Positions 46,767 through 57,437 are shown, counted from the stretch's first letter. The stretch: 64,000 nt of DNA from Nannocystis bainbridge (GCF_028368995.1 NZ_JAQNDL010000003.1:1888001-1952000), one strand, 5' to 3'. The notes: generated by a model not told the origin, from the sequence alone. Made by a program: numbers and translations.

Positions 46767-48347
46767 ATGTCGATGCCTCTCAGCCTCTCGTGGCTCATCC
46801 TGACCCTCGCGACCGCCCCGGCCGCCGAGCCCGCCGCCACGCCCCCGACCTCCGAACCCGCGCCCGCACCGGCGCCAGCGGCCGCCACCGCCGACGCCGA
46901 AGCACGCGCCGAGCAGGCCGCCGTGCTGTACGGCCAGAAGAAGTACCTCGAGGCCGCGCAGATCTTCGAGGACCTGTGGGCCTCGGTGCACGAGCCGCGC
47001 GACCTGTTCAACGCCGGCCTCGCGCGCCTCGCCCTCGGCCACCGCGCTCACGCGATCCGCTACTGGGAGATCTATCTCCAGCAGACCGGGATCCCCGCAG
47101 ACGGGCGCGAGCAGGCCCAGAGCCGCAGCAAGAAGGCCCAGGCCGCCGCCACCGGCGTGATCGTCAAGATCGCCCCGTCGGCCGTGGCCGAGTTCGGCGC
47201 CACGCTGACGCTGACCCGCGTCGACGACGACAAGGACCAGCGCCCGCCGCTGGTCTACGAGCTGCCGCCGCGGGCCCCCGAGTTCACCGCCGGCGGCAAG
47301 ACGATCCACGTCGACCCCGGCAAGTGGGAGCTGAAGATCAGCGCGCCGACCTACGGGACCTCGACGCGCGACCTGACCATCAAGCCAGGTGCGCCGGGCT
47401 TCGTGCTCGACGTGGCGCTGGCCAGCGATCCGGCGTTCCGGGCCGCGAGCTTCCAGATCGGGCCGGGCGAGGCGGTCGCGGCCGGGGCGACGGTGTCGCT
47501 GCAGCGGCTGGCGCTGGGCGCCGTGCCGGTGCCGTGCCCGCTCGACGGTCGCGGCAATTGTGCGGTCCGCATCGAGCCGGGCGACTGGGAGGTCACGGTG
47601 CAGGCGCCCGGCTACCAGCGCCACGTCGAGAAGATCAGCCTCGGCGCCCAGCCGACCGCGACCTTCGCCGTCGCCCTCGCGCCGTCGCTGACGCCCGCGC
47701 CCGCGCCGACGCCCGCGCCCGCGCAGGCCGGCGCGACGCCGACGCCGGCCCCGGCCGAGGCCACCCCCGCGCCGCCGCCGGTGCCCGAGCGCGTGCCAAA
47801 GAAGACCCGCGTGCGGGTCTCGACCGGGCTCATCGTCTCGGGCGTGCCGGTGTTCATCACCGGCCTCGCGCTCGCGGTCCACGGCAGCAACGTCTACGAC
47901 GAGAAGAAGCTGGCGAAGGTGGCCAACGGCGACATGCTGCCGGCGATCCGCCTGCGCTCGGCGGGCTCGGGGCTGATGGGCGTGGCCGTCGGCCTGTGGG
48001 CCACCGGCCTGACCGCGGAGTACGACGTGAAGCCGTGGGTGTGGTGGACCGAGATCGGCGTCGGCGCGGCCGCGCTGCTGACCGGCGGCGTGTGGGCCGG
48101 CGTCAGCACCGGGCGCTGGAACGCCAACGCCACCGACTCGCTGGTCTGCACCAACAACGAGGGCCTCGACTGCTTCACCGCCCATCGCCTGGCCAGCGGC
48201 TTCTTCCTCGGCCTCGGCGCGGGCGCCATCGCCGGGGCGACCACCGGCCTGCTGGTGCAGCGCTTCCACCTCAAGAAGCGCCGCGTCAGCTTCGCGCCGA
48301 CGCTCGGCGGCGGCCAGGCCGGCTTCCTCGTCCACGGACGGTTTTGA
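46767..48347 (+). CDS. Secreted TPR/PEGA-like protein ending in GRF
   Basis: RBS GGAG; signal peptide; AAQIFEDLW...LFNAG; two PG.WE...APGY-type repeats. Confidence 0.8.
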   Translation: MSMPLSLSWLILTLATAPAAEPAATPPTSEPAPAPAPAAATADAEARAEQAAVLYGQKKYLEAAQIFEDLWASVHEPRDLFNAGLARLALGHRAHAIRYWEIYLQQTGIPADGREQAQSRSKKAQAAATGVIVKIAPSAVAEFGATLTLTRVDDDKDQRPPLVYELPPRAPEFTAGGKTIHVDPGKWELKISAPTYGTSTRDLTIKPGAPGFVLDVALASDPAFRAASFQIGPGEAVAAGATVSLQRLALGAVPVPCPLDGRGNCAVRIEPGDWEVTVQAPGYQRHVEKISLGAQPTATFAVALAPSLTPAPAPTPAPAQAGATPTPAPAEATPAPPPVPERVPKKTRVRVSTGLIVSGVPVFITGLALAVHGSNVYDEKKLAKVANGDMLPAIRLRSAGSGLMGVAVGLWATGLTAEYDVKPWVWWTEIGVGAAALLTGGVWAGVSTGRWNANATDSLVCTNNEGLDCFTAHRLASGFFLGLGAGAIAGATTGLLVQRFHLKKRRVSFAPTLGGGQAGFLVHGRF

Positions 48348-48430
48348 GCGCCCCCGGCGTGTGAGTCTAGGCGGCGCGCGCGGGCAGCCGTGCGCGCCGC
48401 GGCCCTGTCACGCTCGGTTAGCATGACAAA

Positions 48431-49732
48431 ATGCTGACCCTCGCCCGCCCCCTGCTCGCCGCACCGCTCTGTGTCTGCACGCTCCTGACCGCCTGCGGCG
48501 ACGACGGCGGCGGTGTCCAGTCTGCCAGCGACACCGCGGCCACCAGCGAGGACACGACCGGCGACGACAGCACCACCGGCGGCCCCGGCACCACCGACGA
48601 TCCGACCTCGACCAGCGTCGGCCCGACCACCGGCGATCCGGTCACCGGCGATCCGGTCACCACGACGACCGGCGATCCGACCACCGGCGATCCGACCACC
48701 GACGGCACCACTGGCGACCCGCCGCCGCCCTCGCCGTGGGACGGCGAGCCGCTGCCCGAGGCCCCGCCCGGCGAGTGGACGTGGGTCGATTTCCCCGACG
48801 CGCTGTGTCGCGACGGCAGCAGCACCGGCATCGGCGTGCGCTACGGCAACGGCGACGGCCTCGTCGTCTACTTCCAGGGCGGCGGCGCCTGCTTCAACGC
48901 CCTCACCTGCGCCCAGAACCCGTCCAGCTTCGACGGCGGCGACTTCGACGGCTTCAACAGCGGCATCTTCGAGCCCGGCCCGCAGAACCCGGTCGGCGAC
49001 TGGACCCACGTGTTCGTCCCGTACTGCACCGGCGACGTGCACGCCGGCAACCGCCCCGACCAGATGTCGGAGGCCGGCATCCAGCAGTTCGTCGGCTTCC
49101 GCAACGTCGCCGCCTACCTCGAGCGCGTCGTCCCCACCTTCCCCGGCGTCGGCCACGTGCTCGTCACCGGCGAGAGCGCCGGCGGCTTCGGGGCCGCCTT
49201 CAACTACGACCGGATCGCCGACGCCTTCCCCGACGCGCGCGTCACCCTGCTCGACGACTCCGGCCCGCCGCTCGGCTTCGAGGTCGCGCCGCTGTGCCTG
49301 CAGCAGAAATGGAGCGACCTGTGGGGCTTCGACGACACGATCCCCGCCGGCTGCGAGGATTGCTTCCCCAGCCAGGGCGGCGGCATCGTCAACATCGGCC
49401 GCCACATCGGCCAAAAACACGCCGACCAGCGCCTCGCCCTCATCTCGTCGACCGGCGACTCGGTGATCCGCTTCTTCTTCGGCTTCGGCGGCAACGACTG
49501 CAGCGCCCTGCTGCCCAACACCCCCCAGGCTGCCTTCGAGGCCGCCCTGCTCGACGCCCGCGACAACTATTACAATGAGCCCGACGACGTGTGGGGCACC
49601 TTCTTCGTCGACAACAGCGAGCAGCACACCTTCCTCAGCAGCAGCCTCTACACGGCCAAGGTCGGCGACACCAAGCTGGTCGACTGGGTCTCCCAGCTGA
49701 TCGCCGGCCAGGTCTCGCACGTCGGGCCGTGA
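48431..49732 (+). CDS. Pectinacetylesterase/Notum-family hydrolase lipoprotein
   Basis: LTAC lipobox, TTGDP linker, C.DGS, YFQGGGAC, VPYCTGDVH, GESAGG. Confidence 0.9.
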   Translation: MLTLARPLLAAPLCVCTLLTACGDDGGGVQSASDTAATSEDTTGDDSTTGGPGTTDDPTSTSVGPTTGDPVTGDPVTTTTGDPTTGDPTTDGTTGDPPPPSPWDGEPLPEAPPGEWTWVDFPDALCRDGSSTGIGVRYGNGDGLVVYFQGGGACFNALTCAQNPSSFDGGDFDGFNSGIFEPGPQNPVGDWTHVFVPYCTGDVHAGNRPDQMSEAGIQQFVGFRNVAAYLERVVPTFPGVGHVLVTGESAGGFGAAFNYDRIADAFPDARVTLLDDSGPPLGFEVAPLCLQQKWSDLWGFDDTIPAGCEDCFPSQGGGIVNIGRHIGQKHADQRLALISSTGDSVIRFFFGFGGNDCSALLPNTPQAAFEAALLDARDNYYNEPDDVWGTFFVDNSEQHTFLSSSLYTAKVGDTKLVDWVSQLIAGQVSHVGP

Positions 49733-49745
49733 ATCATTTTTAATG

Positions 49746-49825
49746 AGGGGACATGCTCGAAAGAGCATGTCCCATGGGGCATGGCTATCGCGCCATGCCC
49801 CTTCGAACATGTCCTTTGAACATTA
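49746..49825. repeat. REP-like CATG palindrome cluster, 14-bp period
   Basis: CATG at 49752, 49766, 49780, 49794, 49808; between convergent genes. Confidence 0.85.
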
Positions 49826-49898
49826 GAGCCAGATCGCCCGGCACACGGCGCACGTCTGTCGCTCGCGCCATTCGTCGAGCGCCTCGCTGCGCCGCCGC

Positions 49899-50585
49899 TC
49901 AGCTCGCGGGCCGGCGGCTCACCGCGGCGCCGATCGCCAGCGGCAAGAACCCATTGACGACGTTGAGCGCCAGCATCGCCGAATGCGACAGCAAACCGCG
50001 CCCGACCAGCAGCAGCGAGGCGATCAGGAGCGCGTGCATCACCACCCCGGTGGCGACCACCCACCCGCACTGCGCCGGCCGCAGGACGCCCGCGCGGACC
50101 GACGCGCGCAGGACCCACAGGCTCAGCGGCACGAACAGCACCACGCTCGTCAAAAGACCCGCGCCGTAGGTCCCCTGCGCCAGCGAGCCGGCGATGTGGA
50201 TCAGCCCGTTGACCAGCGGGATGCCCCACGCGCACGCCGCCACCAGCGGCCAGCGCCGGCGCAGCAGCACGGCGGTGACAAAGGCGATCTGGCACCCGCC
50301 GACGTTGACGGCGCACATGGTCGCCTCGTCGGCGGGACAGTGGGCGAGGTCGGGATAGCCGAGCGTGCGGCACAGGTCGACGAGGAAGGCGTATCGCCGG
50401 CCGAGCAGATCGATGCCGTGCTCCTCGAATTGATGCAGCAGGTACATCGGCCACAGCAACGCCAGGAGCCACGCCGGATCGCGCCAGCGCGAGCCCCCGC
50501 GGGCGGGCTGGATGGCCAACCAGACCAGCAACAAGACGGCGAGCCCGAGCCCGATGAAGGGCCAATCGCGGAGAAAACTTTCCAT
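49899..50585 (-). CDS. HXXEE-domain membrane protein
   Basis: YLLHQFEEH; multiple TM helices. Confidence 0.88.
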   Translation of the reverse strand: MESFLRDWPFIGLGLAVLLLVWLAIQPARGGSRWRDPAWLLALLWPMYLLHQFEEHGIDLLGRRYAFLVDLCRTLGYPDLAHCPADEATMCAVNVGGCQIAFVTAVLLRRRWPLVAACAWGIPLVNGLIHIAGSLAQGTYGAGLLTSVVLFVPLSLWVLRASVRAGVLRPAQCGWVVATGVVMHALLIASLLLVGRGLLSHSAMLALNVVNGFLPLAIGAAVSRRPAS

Positions 50586-50761
50586 TCGTTCTGCCCCTCT
50601 CTTTTAAAAAAATCCCCTCCCCGGGTCCACCTGGACCTGGCCTTTATCGCATGTCGCGTGGTTCGAGATCCGCACGACACCTCGCGCGGGTCCGCGCCGA
50701 GGCGCGAAATTCGTGCCGTGTTCGCCGCGCCTGCCGCGAGACCTGCTACCAAGGTGCTGTG

Positions 50762-51805
50762 ATGATTCGACCCCGCGCGACCGCCCCGCTCCTGCTGCTC
50801 CTCGGCGCCTGTCAGGCCGGCGGCGGCGACACCGACGCCACGACGACCACCGCCGACACCTCGACCAGCACTTCGGGACAGGTCTCTTCGACCACCACCG
50901 GCACGGGCGAGCCGACCACCACCGGCACCACCACGACCACCGGCACGGGCGAGCCGACCACCACCGGCACCACCACCGGCACCACCGACCCGGACGAGAC
51001 CACCGACACCGACGGCGCCGCGCCGATCGTCGTCGAGGGGCTCAGCGTCCCCGAGTCGATCCTCCACGACGTCGCCGCCGACGTCTATCTGATCAGCAAC
51101 ATCAACGGTACGCCGACCGCCACCGACGACAACGGCTTCATCAGCCGCGTCCTGCCCGACGGCACCGTCGACCAGCTCGCCTTCATCGACGGCGCCGACC
51201 CCGAGGTCACGCTCGACGCGCCGAAGGGCATGGCGATCGTCGGCGATTTTCTCTACGTCTCCGACATCACCGTCGTCCGCAAGTTCGACCGCACCACCGG
51301 CGCGCCGCTGGCCACGATCGCCATCGACGGCGCCGGCTTCCTCAACGACCTCAGCGCCGACGCCAGCGGCAACGTCTACGTCGGCGACATGCAGGTCGAG
51401 GCGATCCACGTCATCAACCCCGCCGACGAGCCCACGCTGCTGTTCGAGTCGAGCGACCTGCAGAACCCCAACGGTCTGCTCGCCGACGATCAGGGCGTGC
51501 ACGTCGTCACCAACGGCGGCACCAAGCTGCTCTACGTGCCGCGCCAGATGCCGGTGGTGATGGAGCTGTTCGACCTCGAGGCCAGCAGCCTCGACGGCCT
51601 CGCGCCCCACCCCGCCGGCGGCTGGCTGGTGTCCTCGTGGGAGACCAGCGCCGTCTACCACGTCAGCGCCGACCTGCAGACCGCCGCGGTCGTCGTCGCC
51701 GACATCAGCTCGCCGGCCGACATCGGCGTCGACACCGGCCGCGAGCGCGTGCTGATCCCCGTGTTCACCGAGAACCGCGCGGAGTTCCATCTCCTCGCCC
51801 CGTGA
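50762..51805 (+). CDS. SMP-30/gluconolactonase-like beta-propeller lipoprotein
   Basis: LGAC lipobox; PESI, SNING, DDNGFISR, LDAPKGM, FLND, PNGL, LDGL, PADIG. Confidence 0.85.
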   Translation: MIRPRATAPLLLLLGACQAGGGDTDATTTTADTSTSTSGQVSSTTTGTGEPTTTGTTTTTGTGEPTTTGTTTGTTDPDETTDTDGAAPIVVEGLSVPESILHDVAADVYLISNINGTPTATDDNGFISRVLPDGTVDQLAFIDGADPEVTLDAPKGMAIVGDFLYVSDITVVRKFDRTTGAPLATIAIDGAGFLNDLSADASGNVYVGDMQVEAIHVINPADEPTLLFESSDLQNPNGLLADDQGVHVVTNGGTKLLYVPRQMPVVMELFDLEASSLDGLAPHPAGGWLVSSWETSAVYHVSADLQTAAVVVADISSPADIGVDTGRERVLIPVFTENRAEFHLLAP

Positions 51806-51819
51806 GGGCGGCGCCGCAA

Positions 51820-51923
51820 AGGACATGGCTCTCGAGACATGTTCGTAAGACCATGAGATCGGTCGCTCCTCCTCGGGAGGAATCACATGTCTCTCGAGAC
51901 ATGTCTTCACGACCATGAGGTCG
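51820..51923. repeat. REP-like CATG palindrome cluster (two triplets 62 bp apart)
   Basis: CATG at 51824/51838/51852 and 51886/51900/51914. Confidence 0.85.
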
Positions 51924-52012
51924 AACGCCCGCCGATGCGGCGAGACCACGGCCGCCGCGGAGCCCCGCCTGCCGCGCTGCTCGCCGCCTGCGCGCGGGTC
52001 AGGCCCAAAGCT

Positions 52013-52477
52013 CTAGCCCGGCAGCCGGCACACCCCGTAGTCGGCCCACATCGGCGGCACATTGTCGCCGGAGAACACCGGCGCGCAGACCTCGGACGCG
52101 CTGCCGCACTGGGCCGAGGTGTCGCTGACCTCGCACAGCGAGCTGCAGCACGAGCCGGCCTCGCAGTCACCGAGCGCCACCGCCGACAGGCACACCAGGC
52201 CCGGGCCGCACTCGCCGGAGCCCTGGCACGCGTCTCCGGCGGCGCCGGCGATCGCGACCTCGATGCACACGAAGTCGCCGCCGACGAGCGAGCACGCCTG
52301 TCCGTCGGGACAGCTCTGGGCGAGCGGGTCGCACTCGACCACTGGCGGCGGCTCCTCGTCGTCGCCAGTGGTCGTCCCGGGCCCGCTGGGGCCATCGGTG
52401 GTCGGCCCGGACTCGAACTGAATGCAGCCGCCGGCGAGCAGCAGCGCGAGGGCGGCGACGAGACGCGGTCTTGACAT
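52013..52477 (-). CDS. Small Cys-rich lipoprotein
   Basis: AGGC lipobox; CDPLAQSCPDGQAC, CGPGLVC, GVC. Confidence 0.85.
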   Translation of the reverse strand: MSRPRLVAALALLLAGGCIQFESGPTTDGPSGPGTTTGDDEEPPPVVECDPLAQSCPDGQACSLVGGDFVCIEVAIAGAAGDACQGSGECGPGLVCLSAVALGDCEAGSCCSSLCEVSDTSAQCGSASEVCAPVFSGDNVPPMWADYGVCRLPG

Positions 52478-52551
52478 GACGCCAGGGTAACGCGAGCCGG
52501 GCCGTCCCGTGCAGACGGCGATCCGACCCCGGGGCGTGGTAATGTGCGCGC

Positions 52552-53478
52552 GTGAAGCACGAGACAGAAGGCCTCCCGGGCGACGGCGTGACCACCCACG
52601 TCCACGTGTGGACCCCCGACGACGGCCAGCCGGTCCGCGGGCTGGTCCAGGTGCTGCACGGCCTGGCCGAGCACGCCGGCCGCTACGAGGGCCTCGCGGC
52701 CGGCCTGTGCGACGCCGGCCTGGCCGTGGTCGCCCACGACCACCGCGGTCACGGCCGCTCGGCCGCCGGCCCCGACGAGCTCGGCTTCTTCGGCGACCGC
52801 GACGGCTGGGGCGCGGTGCTGGCCGACTCCGCCCGCGTCCGCGCCCACGCCCGCGCGCGCTTCGGCGACGTCCCGTGGGCGCTGCTCGGCCACAGCATGG
52901 GCTCGGTGGTCGCCCTGCACGACCTCGCCACCAGCGGGGCCCGGCCGACCGCGGTGATGCTGTCGGGCGCGACCGGCAAGGTCGGGGCGCTGCTGCGGAT
53001 CGGCCAGGGCCTCATCCGCGTCGAGCTGCGACGGATCGGCGCCCGCGGCCGCAGCAAGCTGCTCAACGCGACCGCGTTCGGGACCTACAACCGGGCGTTC
53101 CGCCCCAACCGCACCCAGTTCGACTGGCTGTCCGGCGAAGCGGCCCAGGTCGACGCCTACGTCGGCGACCCGCTGTGCGGCTTCTTGCCGACGACTTCGC
53201 TGTGGCGCGACCTGGTCGGCGGCCAGGCGCTGCTGCAGACCGATGCCTTCCTGGCCCGCCTGCCCCGCGTGCCCTACGCGGTGATCGCCGGCGACCTCGA
53301 CCCGGTCGGCGGCAAGGGCCGCCAGGTCGAAGCCCTGGTCAAGATGATGCGCAAGCTCGGCCTGCAGGTCGACCTGCGCATGTGGCCAGGCGGCCGCCAC
53401 GAGATGTTCCACGAGACCAATCGCGCCGACGTGGTCGCCGAGACGGTCCGGTGGCTCTCGAGCAAGCTCGCCGCCTGA
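52552..53478 (+). CDS. Alpha/beta hydrolase (lysophospholipase, Hydrolase_4)
   Basis: HGLAEHAGRY, DHRGHGRS, GHSMG, GDLDPV, RHE. Confidence 0.93.
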   Translation: MKHETEGLPGDGVTTHVHVWTPDDGQPVRGLVQVLHGLAEHAGRYEGLAAGLCDAGLAVVAHDHRGHGRSAAGPDELGFFGDRDGWGAVLADSARVRAHARARFGDVPWALLGHSMGSVVALHDLATSGARPTAVMLSGATGKVGALLRIGQGLIRVELRRIGARGRSKLLNATAFGTYNRAFRPNRTQFDWLSGEAAQVDAYVGDPLCGFLPTTSLWRDLVGGQALLQTDAFLARLPRVPYAVIAGDLDPVGGKGRQVEALVKMMRKLGLQVDLRMWPGGRHEMFHETNRADVVAETVRWLSSKLAA

Positions 53479-53507
53479 GCGGACCTGCGCAGCGCCGTTG
53501 AGCGCCT

Positions 53508-53578
53508 CAAGACATGTCCCACTGGACATGTCTCAGAGAACATTTTTAAAGGGACATGTCCTCATGAACATGTCCTTG
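53508..53578. repeat. REP-like CATG palindrome cluster, 14-bp period
   Basis: CATG/CATT at 53513, 53527, 53541, 53555, 53569; between convergent genes. Confidence 0.85.
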
Positions 53579-53690
53579 GGTGTTCTCCCAGGCGCGGCGT
53601 GACGACGGCAGTCTCGACCCGGGCGCGCCGTCGCAGAGACGGCTCGCCCGCTGAGCGAGTCTCGTCGGTCCGCCGCTTGACGGAGCAGCC

Positions 53691-54167
53691 TCAGCCGCGC
53701 AGCACGATCGACCGACTCTCGGCCGCATCGGTCACCTCGACGCGGGCGCAGCGGATCGGCGCCGACGCCCCTTTGGCCCCGGGCTCGAGGACGAGCTGGC
53801 CGCACACGGTATACGTGCCGGGCGCGACGTCCCCATAAACGAGGGGCCTGGTGGCATCCACGCCGCCGTTCAGGACCATCTTCACGGTCGCCCCAGGGGG
53901 CCGCGAAAGATCGTCCACTTCGTCGACCTCGACCTCGCCGGGGACGAGCCAGCCGAGGGCGTGATGGGTGCCCGCCGGCGCCTGGAGGTCGACGCGAAGT
54001 CGCCGCGGCTCCGCGAGCTGCCAATCGGCCCAAGCCTGAACCCCCGCCGCGACCCACTCGATCGCGACGGGGCTCGCCCTGGGCTCGGCCGGTACCCCGG
54101 TGCAATACGCATTCGATAGGACGAGCAGCAAGCTCGCGTGGATCCGCAGATTCCGGGTCGACAGCAT
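53691..54167 (-). CDS. Hypothetical secreted protein
   Basis: Signal-like N-terminus; beta-rich, PGTYTVC. Confidence 0.55.
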   Translation of the reverse strand: MLSTRNLRIHASLLLVLSNAYCTGVPAEPRASPVAIEWVAAGVQAWADWQLAEPRRLRVDLQAPAGTHHALGWLVPGEVEVDEVDDLSRPPGATVKMVLNGGVDATRPLVYGDVAPGTYTVCGQLVLEPGAKGASAPIRCARVEVTDAAESRSIVLRG

Positions 54168-54344
54168 GCCCCGGTGTAGCAAGGCACGGGCGACTTCTGC
54201 AAGATCGGGGCGCAAGCGACGTCAGGCCCGCGAGCGAGGTACCGGGTGCCCCCGGCGCTCTCGCGCATGCGTCTCGAGCTCCGTGGCCCGATCACCTCGG
54301 GCCTGAGGGGATCGCGCCGAAGGACACGACGAGGGCTTCCGGTC

Positions 54345-55412
54345 TCACGGCGCGCAGTCGACGCTGTCCGCCGGGTGCTGCTCGATCACCGTCTTCAGCG
54401 TCGCCTCGATCAGCTTGCTCGCGTGTTCCTTCGGCAGCCCGAAGCCGACGTGGATGTGGCCGGCGGCCACGTTGTGCGGCGTGATCGAATTATAAAAGAC
54501 CCCGTGCAGGCCGAGGAAGCCTGACAGGAAATTGCCGCTGGTATTTTCATCGATCTGCACGCCCGTCAGCGCCAGCGCGCTCGTCGCCGTCACGATCGCC
54601 TTCATCGGCAGCTGGCTCGGCAGCGTGTTGCCCTGGCGGTACTCCGAGATCGCGGCCCACGAGCGGGCCTCGATCGTCGCCTCCGTCGGCCATTGTTCCA
54701 TCCCGTGGCCGTCCGACGCCCAGTCCTGCGCCGGGCCGCCGTCGTTGTCCTGGCCGTGGCCACCCTCGAGCGCCTCCACCTCCCAGCCGATGTCGCCGCC
54801 GCGGCTGGTCGTGATGAGGATGCTCGGCTGATACGTATCGACGATGCGCCAGAAATCCGACGACGTCGCCTGATAGTCGACGCGCAGGTCGTAATCGGGC
54901 GAGCCGACCGCCCCGGGGGAGCCGATGTCGTCGTTGCTGGGGTCGCCGTCGGGCGGGAACTCGGGGAAGAACGCGTACACGTCGTAGCCGTGGCCGCCCC
55001 AGTTCTCGCCGATCCACCCGTCGGGGTTCTGCTCGGGGTTGGTGCTCCACGGCCGCAACATCTCGTTGGTCGGCGGCCAGTAGCCCATCAGCACCACGGT
55101 CTTCTTGCATTCGACCGGACCGGTGGTCGAAGTGTCTTCGGTAGTGGTGGTCGTCTCGGTCGAGCTCGTCGTCGGCGCGCTCGTGCCCGTCTCCGTGCCG
55201 GTCGGCGCCTCGGTCGAGGTCTCGGTCGTCGAAGTGCCCGCGGTCGACGGGCCCTCCGTGCTCGAGGCGCCCTCCGTGCTCGAAGCGCCCTCCGTGCTCG
55301 AAGCGCCCTCCGTCGGCTCCGAGGACCCGCCGCCGCAACCAGTGACGCACAGCGCCGCCACCGTCCATCGCCCCCATCGCCCGCTCGTCCCCGTTCGCTC
55401 GCGTCGCATCAT
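54345..55412 (-). CDS. Pyroglutamyl-peptidase (C15)-like lipoprotein
   Basis: VTGC lipobox, TEGASS x3 linker, VVLMGYWP, SQLP, SGNFLS, GHIHV. Confidence 0.65.
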   Translation of the reverse strand: MMRRERTGTSGRWGRWTVAALCVTGCGGGSSEPTEGASSTEGASSTEGASSTEGPSTAGTSTTETSTEAPTGTETGTSAPTTSSTETTTTTEDTSTTGPVECKKTVVLMGYWPPTNEMLRPWSTNPEQNPDGWIGENWGGHGYDVYAFFPEFPPDGDPSNDDIGSPGAVGSPDYDLRVDYQATSSDFWRIVDTYQPSILITTSRGGDIGWEVEALEGGHGQDNDGGPAQDWASDGHGMEQWPTEATIEARSWAAISEYRQGNTLPSQLPMKAIVTATSALALTGVQIDENTSGNFLSGFLGLHGVFYNSITPHNVAAGHIHVGFGLPKEHASKLIEATLKTVIEQHPADSVDCAP

Positions 55413-55590
55413 GCGATCCCTGTACCACACCGCGCTCGAGTCCGTGTGTGACAGCGAGCCGTGAGTCATTCGATCTCGATGAGCCACGCGATCGAGCATT
55501 GGGCGGTGCCCTCGTCGCGCCGTGAGGGCCCCGCCGAGGCCGCGCACGTCGATCCCCGGAGTTCGCGTCACGACCCACCCGGTCGAACTC

Positions 55591-56298
55591 TCAGGGCTCG
55601 CCGTCGCGGAGGCCCAGCCGGCGCTTCACCTCTGCCAGCGCCCGTCGACTGACCTGCGCGCGCTGACCGTCGGACAGCTCGAGCACCGCCGCGCCGTCGC
55701 GCTGGTGGAGCGTGCGGACCTCGAGCAGGTTGACCAGCTCGCTCCGGTGCACCCGCAGGAAATCGAGGCCGCCGAGCCGCTCTTCGAGCGTATTCAAGCT
55801 GTCGTCGAGCACGTGTTCTTCGCCGCCGACGCGGAACACGGTGTACTTGTCGGCGGCGTGGAAGCGGGTGATCGCGCGCGGGTCGAACAGGCGCACCGAG
55901 TCGCCGGCGCGGGCGGAGATCCGTATCGGCGCGGCGCGCTGGGCCGCGGCCGATCGGGCCTCGACGCGCGCGAGCGCCTGCTCGAGCCGCTCCTGCTGCA
56001 CCGGCTTGAGCAGGTAGTCCTGCGCTGCCACGGCGAACGCCCGCACCGCGTAGTCCGGGTGCGCCGTGACGAAGACGATCGCCGGCATGTCGGCCGTGGT
56101 CTCGGCCAGCTCGATGCCGTCGAGCTCCGGCATGTGGATGTCGAGGAGCACCACGTCGGGCCGCAGCTCGCCGATGAGGCGCACCGCCGCGAGCCCGTCC
56201 TCCGCCTCGCCGACGACCTCGACCCCGGCGATGCGCTCGAGCATGCGCACAAGCCGGCGGCGCGCCGGCGCCTCGTCATCGACCACCAGCACCTTCAC
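55591..56298 (-). CDS. LytTR-family response regulator
   Basis: VLVVDDE, LLDIHMP, FVTA, DYLLKP, FLRVHRS, VSRR. Confidence 0.95.
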   Translation of the reverse strand: MKVLVVDDEAPARRRLVRMLERIAGVEVVGEAEDGLAAVRLIGELRPDVVLLDIHMPELDGIELAETTADMPAIVFVTAHPDYAVRAFAVAAQDYLLKPVQQERLEQALARVEARSAAAQRAAPIRISARAGDSVRLFDPRAITRFHAADKYTVFRVGGEEHVLDDSLNTLEERLGGLDFLRVHRSELVNLLEVRTLHQRDGAAVLELSDGQRAQVSRRALAEVKRRLGLRDGEP

Positions 56299-57437
56299 GC
56301 CGCCCCCTCCCCGCGCGCGGCCCCGGCCGGCAGGCGCAAGCGGGCCCGGAAGCCGCCCTCGGCCCGCGGCCCGGCCTCGAGCCCGGCCGCCGCGCCGTAG
56401 GCCAGCCGCAGCCGCTCGCGCAGGTCGGCGAGGGCCGTGCCGCTGCCCGAGCGGTTCGCTCGCCCCGTCGCGGCCGCGTCGTCCTCGACCGTCAGCTCCA
56501 GCGAAGCCCCGACCCGGGCCGCGACGATCCGCACCGTCGCCCCGCCGCGGCTGGCCGCGACCCCGTGACCGACCGCGTTCTCGACCAGCGGCTGCAGCAC
56601 CAGCGGCGGCACCACCAGCGACTCGGTCGCCGGCTCGACGGCGAACTCGACCCGCAGGCGCTCGCCGAAGCGCAGCCGCTCGACCTCGACATAATCGCGG
56701 ACCGCCGCCAGCTCGTCGCGCAGCGGCACCGCCAGCGTGCGCGAGCCGTCGAGGCTGTAGCGGAACAGCCCCGCGAGGCGCTCGACCGCCTGCTCGGCCA
56801 GCGCCGGGTCGTCCTCGATCAAGCTGGCGACCGTGTTGAGCGCGTTGAACAAGAAATGCGGGTTGGTGCGGGCCTGCAGCGCCGCCAGCTGGGCCCGCAG
56901 GGCCTCGCGGCGGAGCTGCTCCTCGCGCCGCTCGAGCGCCCGGCGGCGCTCGTGGATCCGCTCGAGCGCGGCCGCGGTGACGAACAGGGTCACCGACACG
57001 ACCGCGGAGATCCGCAGCACCTGCGTGCGGCTGGCGGCCAGGTCGGCGACCCACCCGATCGCCGCGTAAAGGCGCAGCGTCAGCTCGGCGGCGACCACCA
57101 CGGCGACGGCGACCACGCCCACGCGAGCGGCCCAGCGCAGCGCCGGCGCCCGGCCGGCGGTCCGCGGCGCCACCACCAGGACGAACAGCCCGCTGGCGAT
57201 CAGCTCGACCAGCACCATCATCGTCGCGTTGAAGGCGAACGTGCGCGCCAGCTCGCCGGGCTCGGGGCGGCCGAGCGCGGCGAGCATCGCCGTCAGGGCG
57301 ACCGACACGAACACGACGATCCACGCGTCCTCGCGCAGCTCGTCGGCCCACGCGCGCAGGCGGGTCCGCAGCGGCGGGAGTTCGGCGGCGGGCACGGGCG
57401 CGAGGGTAGCAAGCGGCCGGTCCGGCCGTCCCGCCAT
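56295..57437 (-). CDS. LytS-type sensor histidine kinase
   Basis: TM helices, LQARTNPHFLFNALN, LQPLVENAV.HG, GSGTAL. Confidence 0.93.
   Translation of the reverse strand: MAGRPDRPLATLAPVPAAELPPLRTRLRAWADELREDAWIVVFVSVALTAMLAALGRPEPGELARTFAFNATMMVLVELIASGLFVLVVAPRTAGRAPALRWAARVGVVAVAVVVAAELTLRLYAAIGWVADLAASRTQVLRISAVVSVTLFVTAAALERIHERRRALERREEQLRREALRAQLAALQARTNPHFLFNALNTVASLIEDDPALAEQAVERLAGLFRYSLDGSRTLAVPLRDELAAVRDYVEVERLRFGERLRVEFAVEPATESLVVPPLVLQPLVENAVGHGVAASRGGATVRIVAARVGASLELTVEDDAAATGRANRSGSGTALADLRERLRLAYGAAAGLEAGPRAEGGFRARLRLPAGAARGEGAA

Noticed and set aside
48590-55315. Short tandem repeats (TTGDP, TTTGTGEP, TEGASS codons)
   Set aside because: Ordinary low-complexity lipoprotein linkers inside CDSs.
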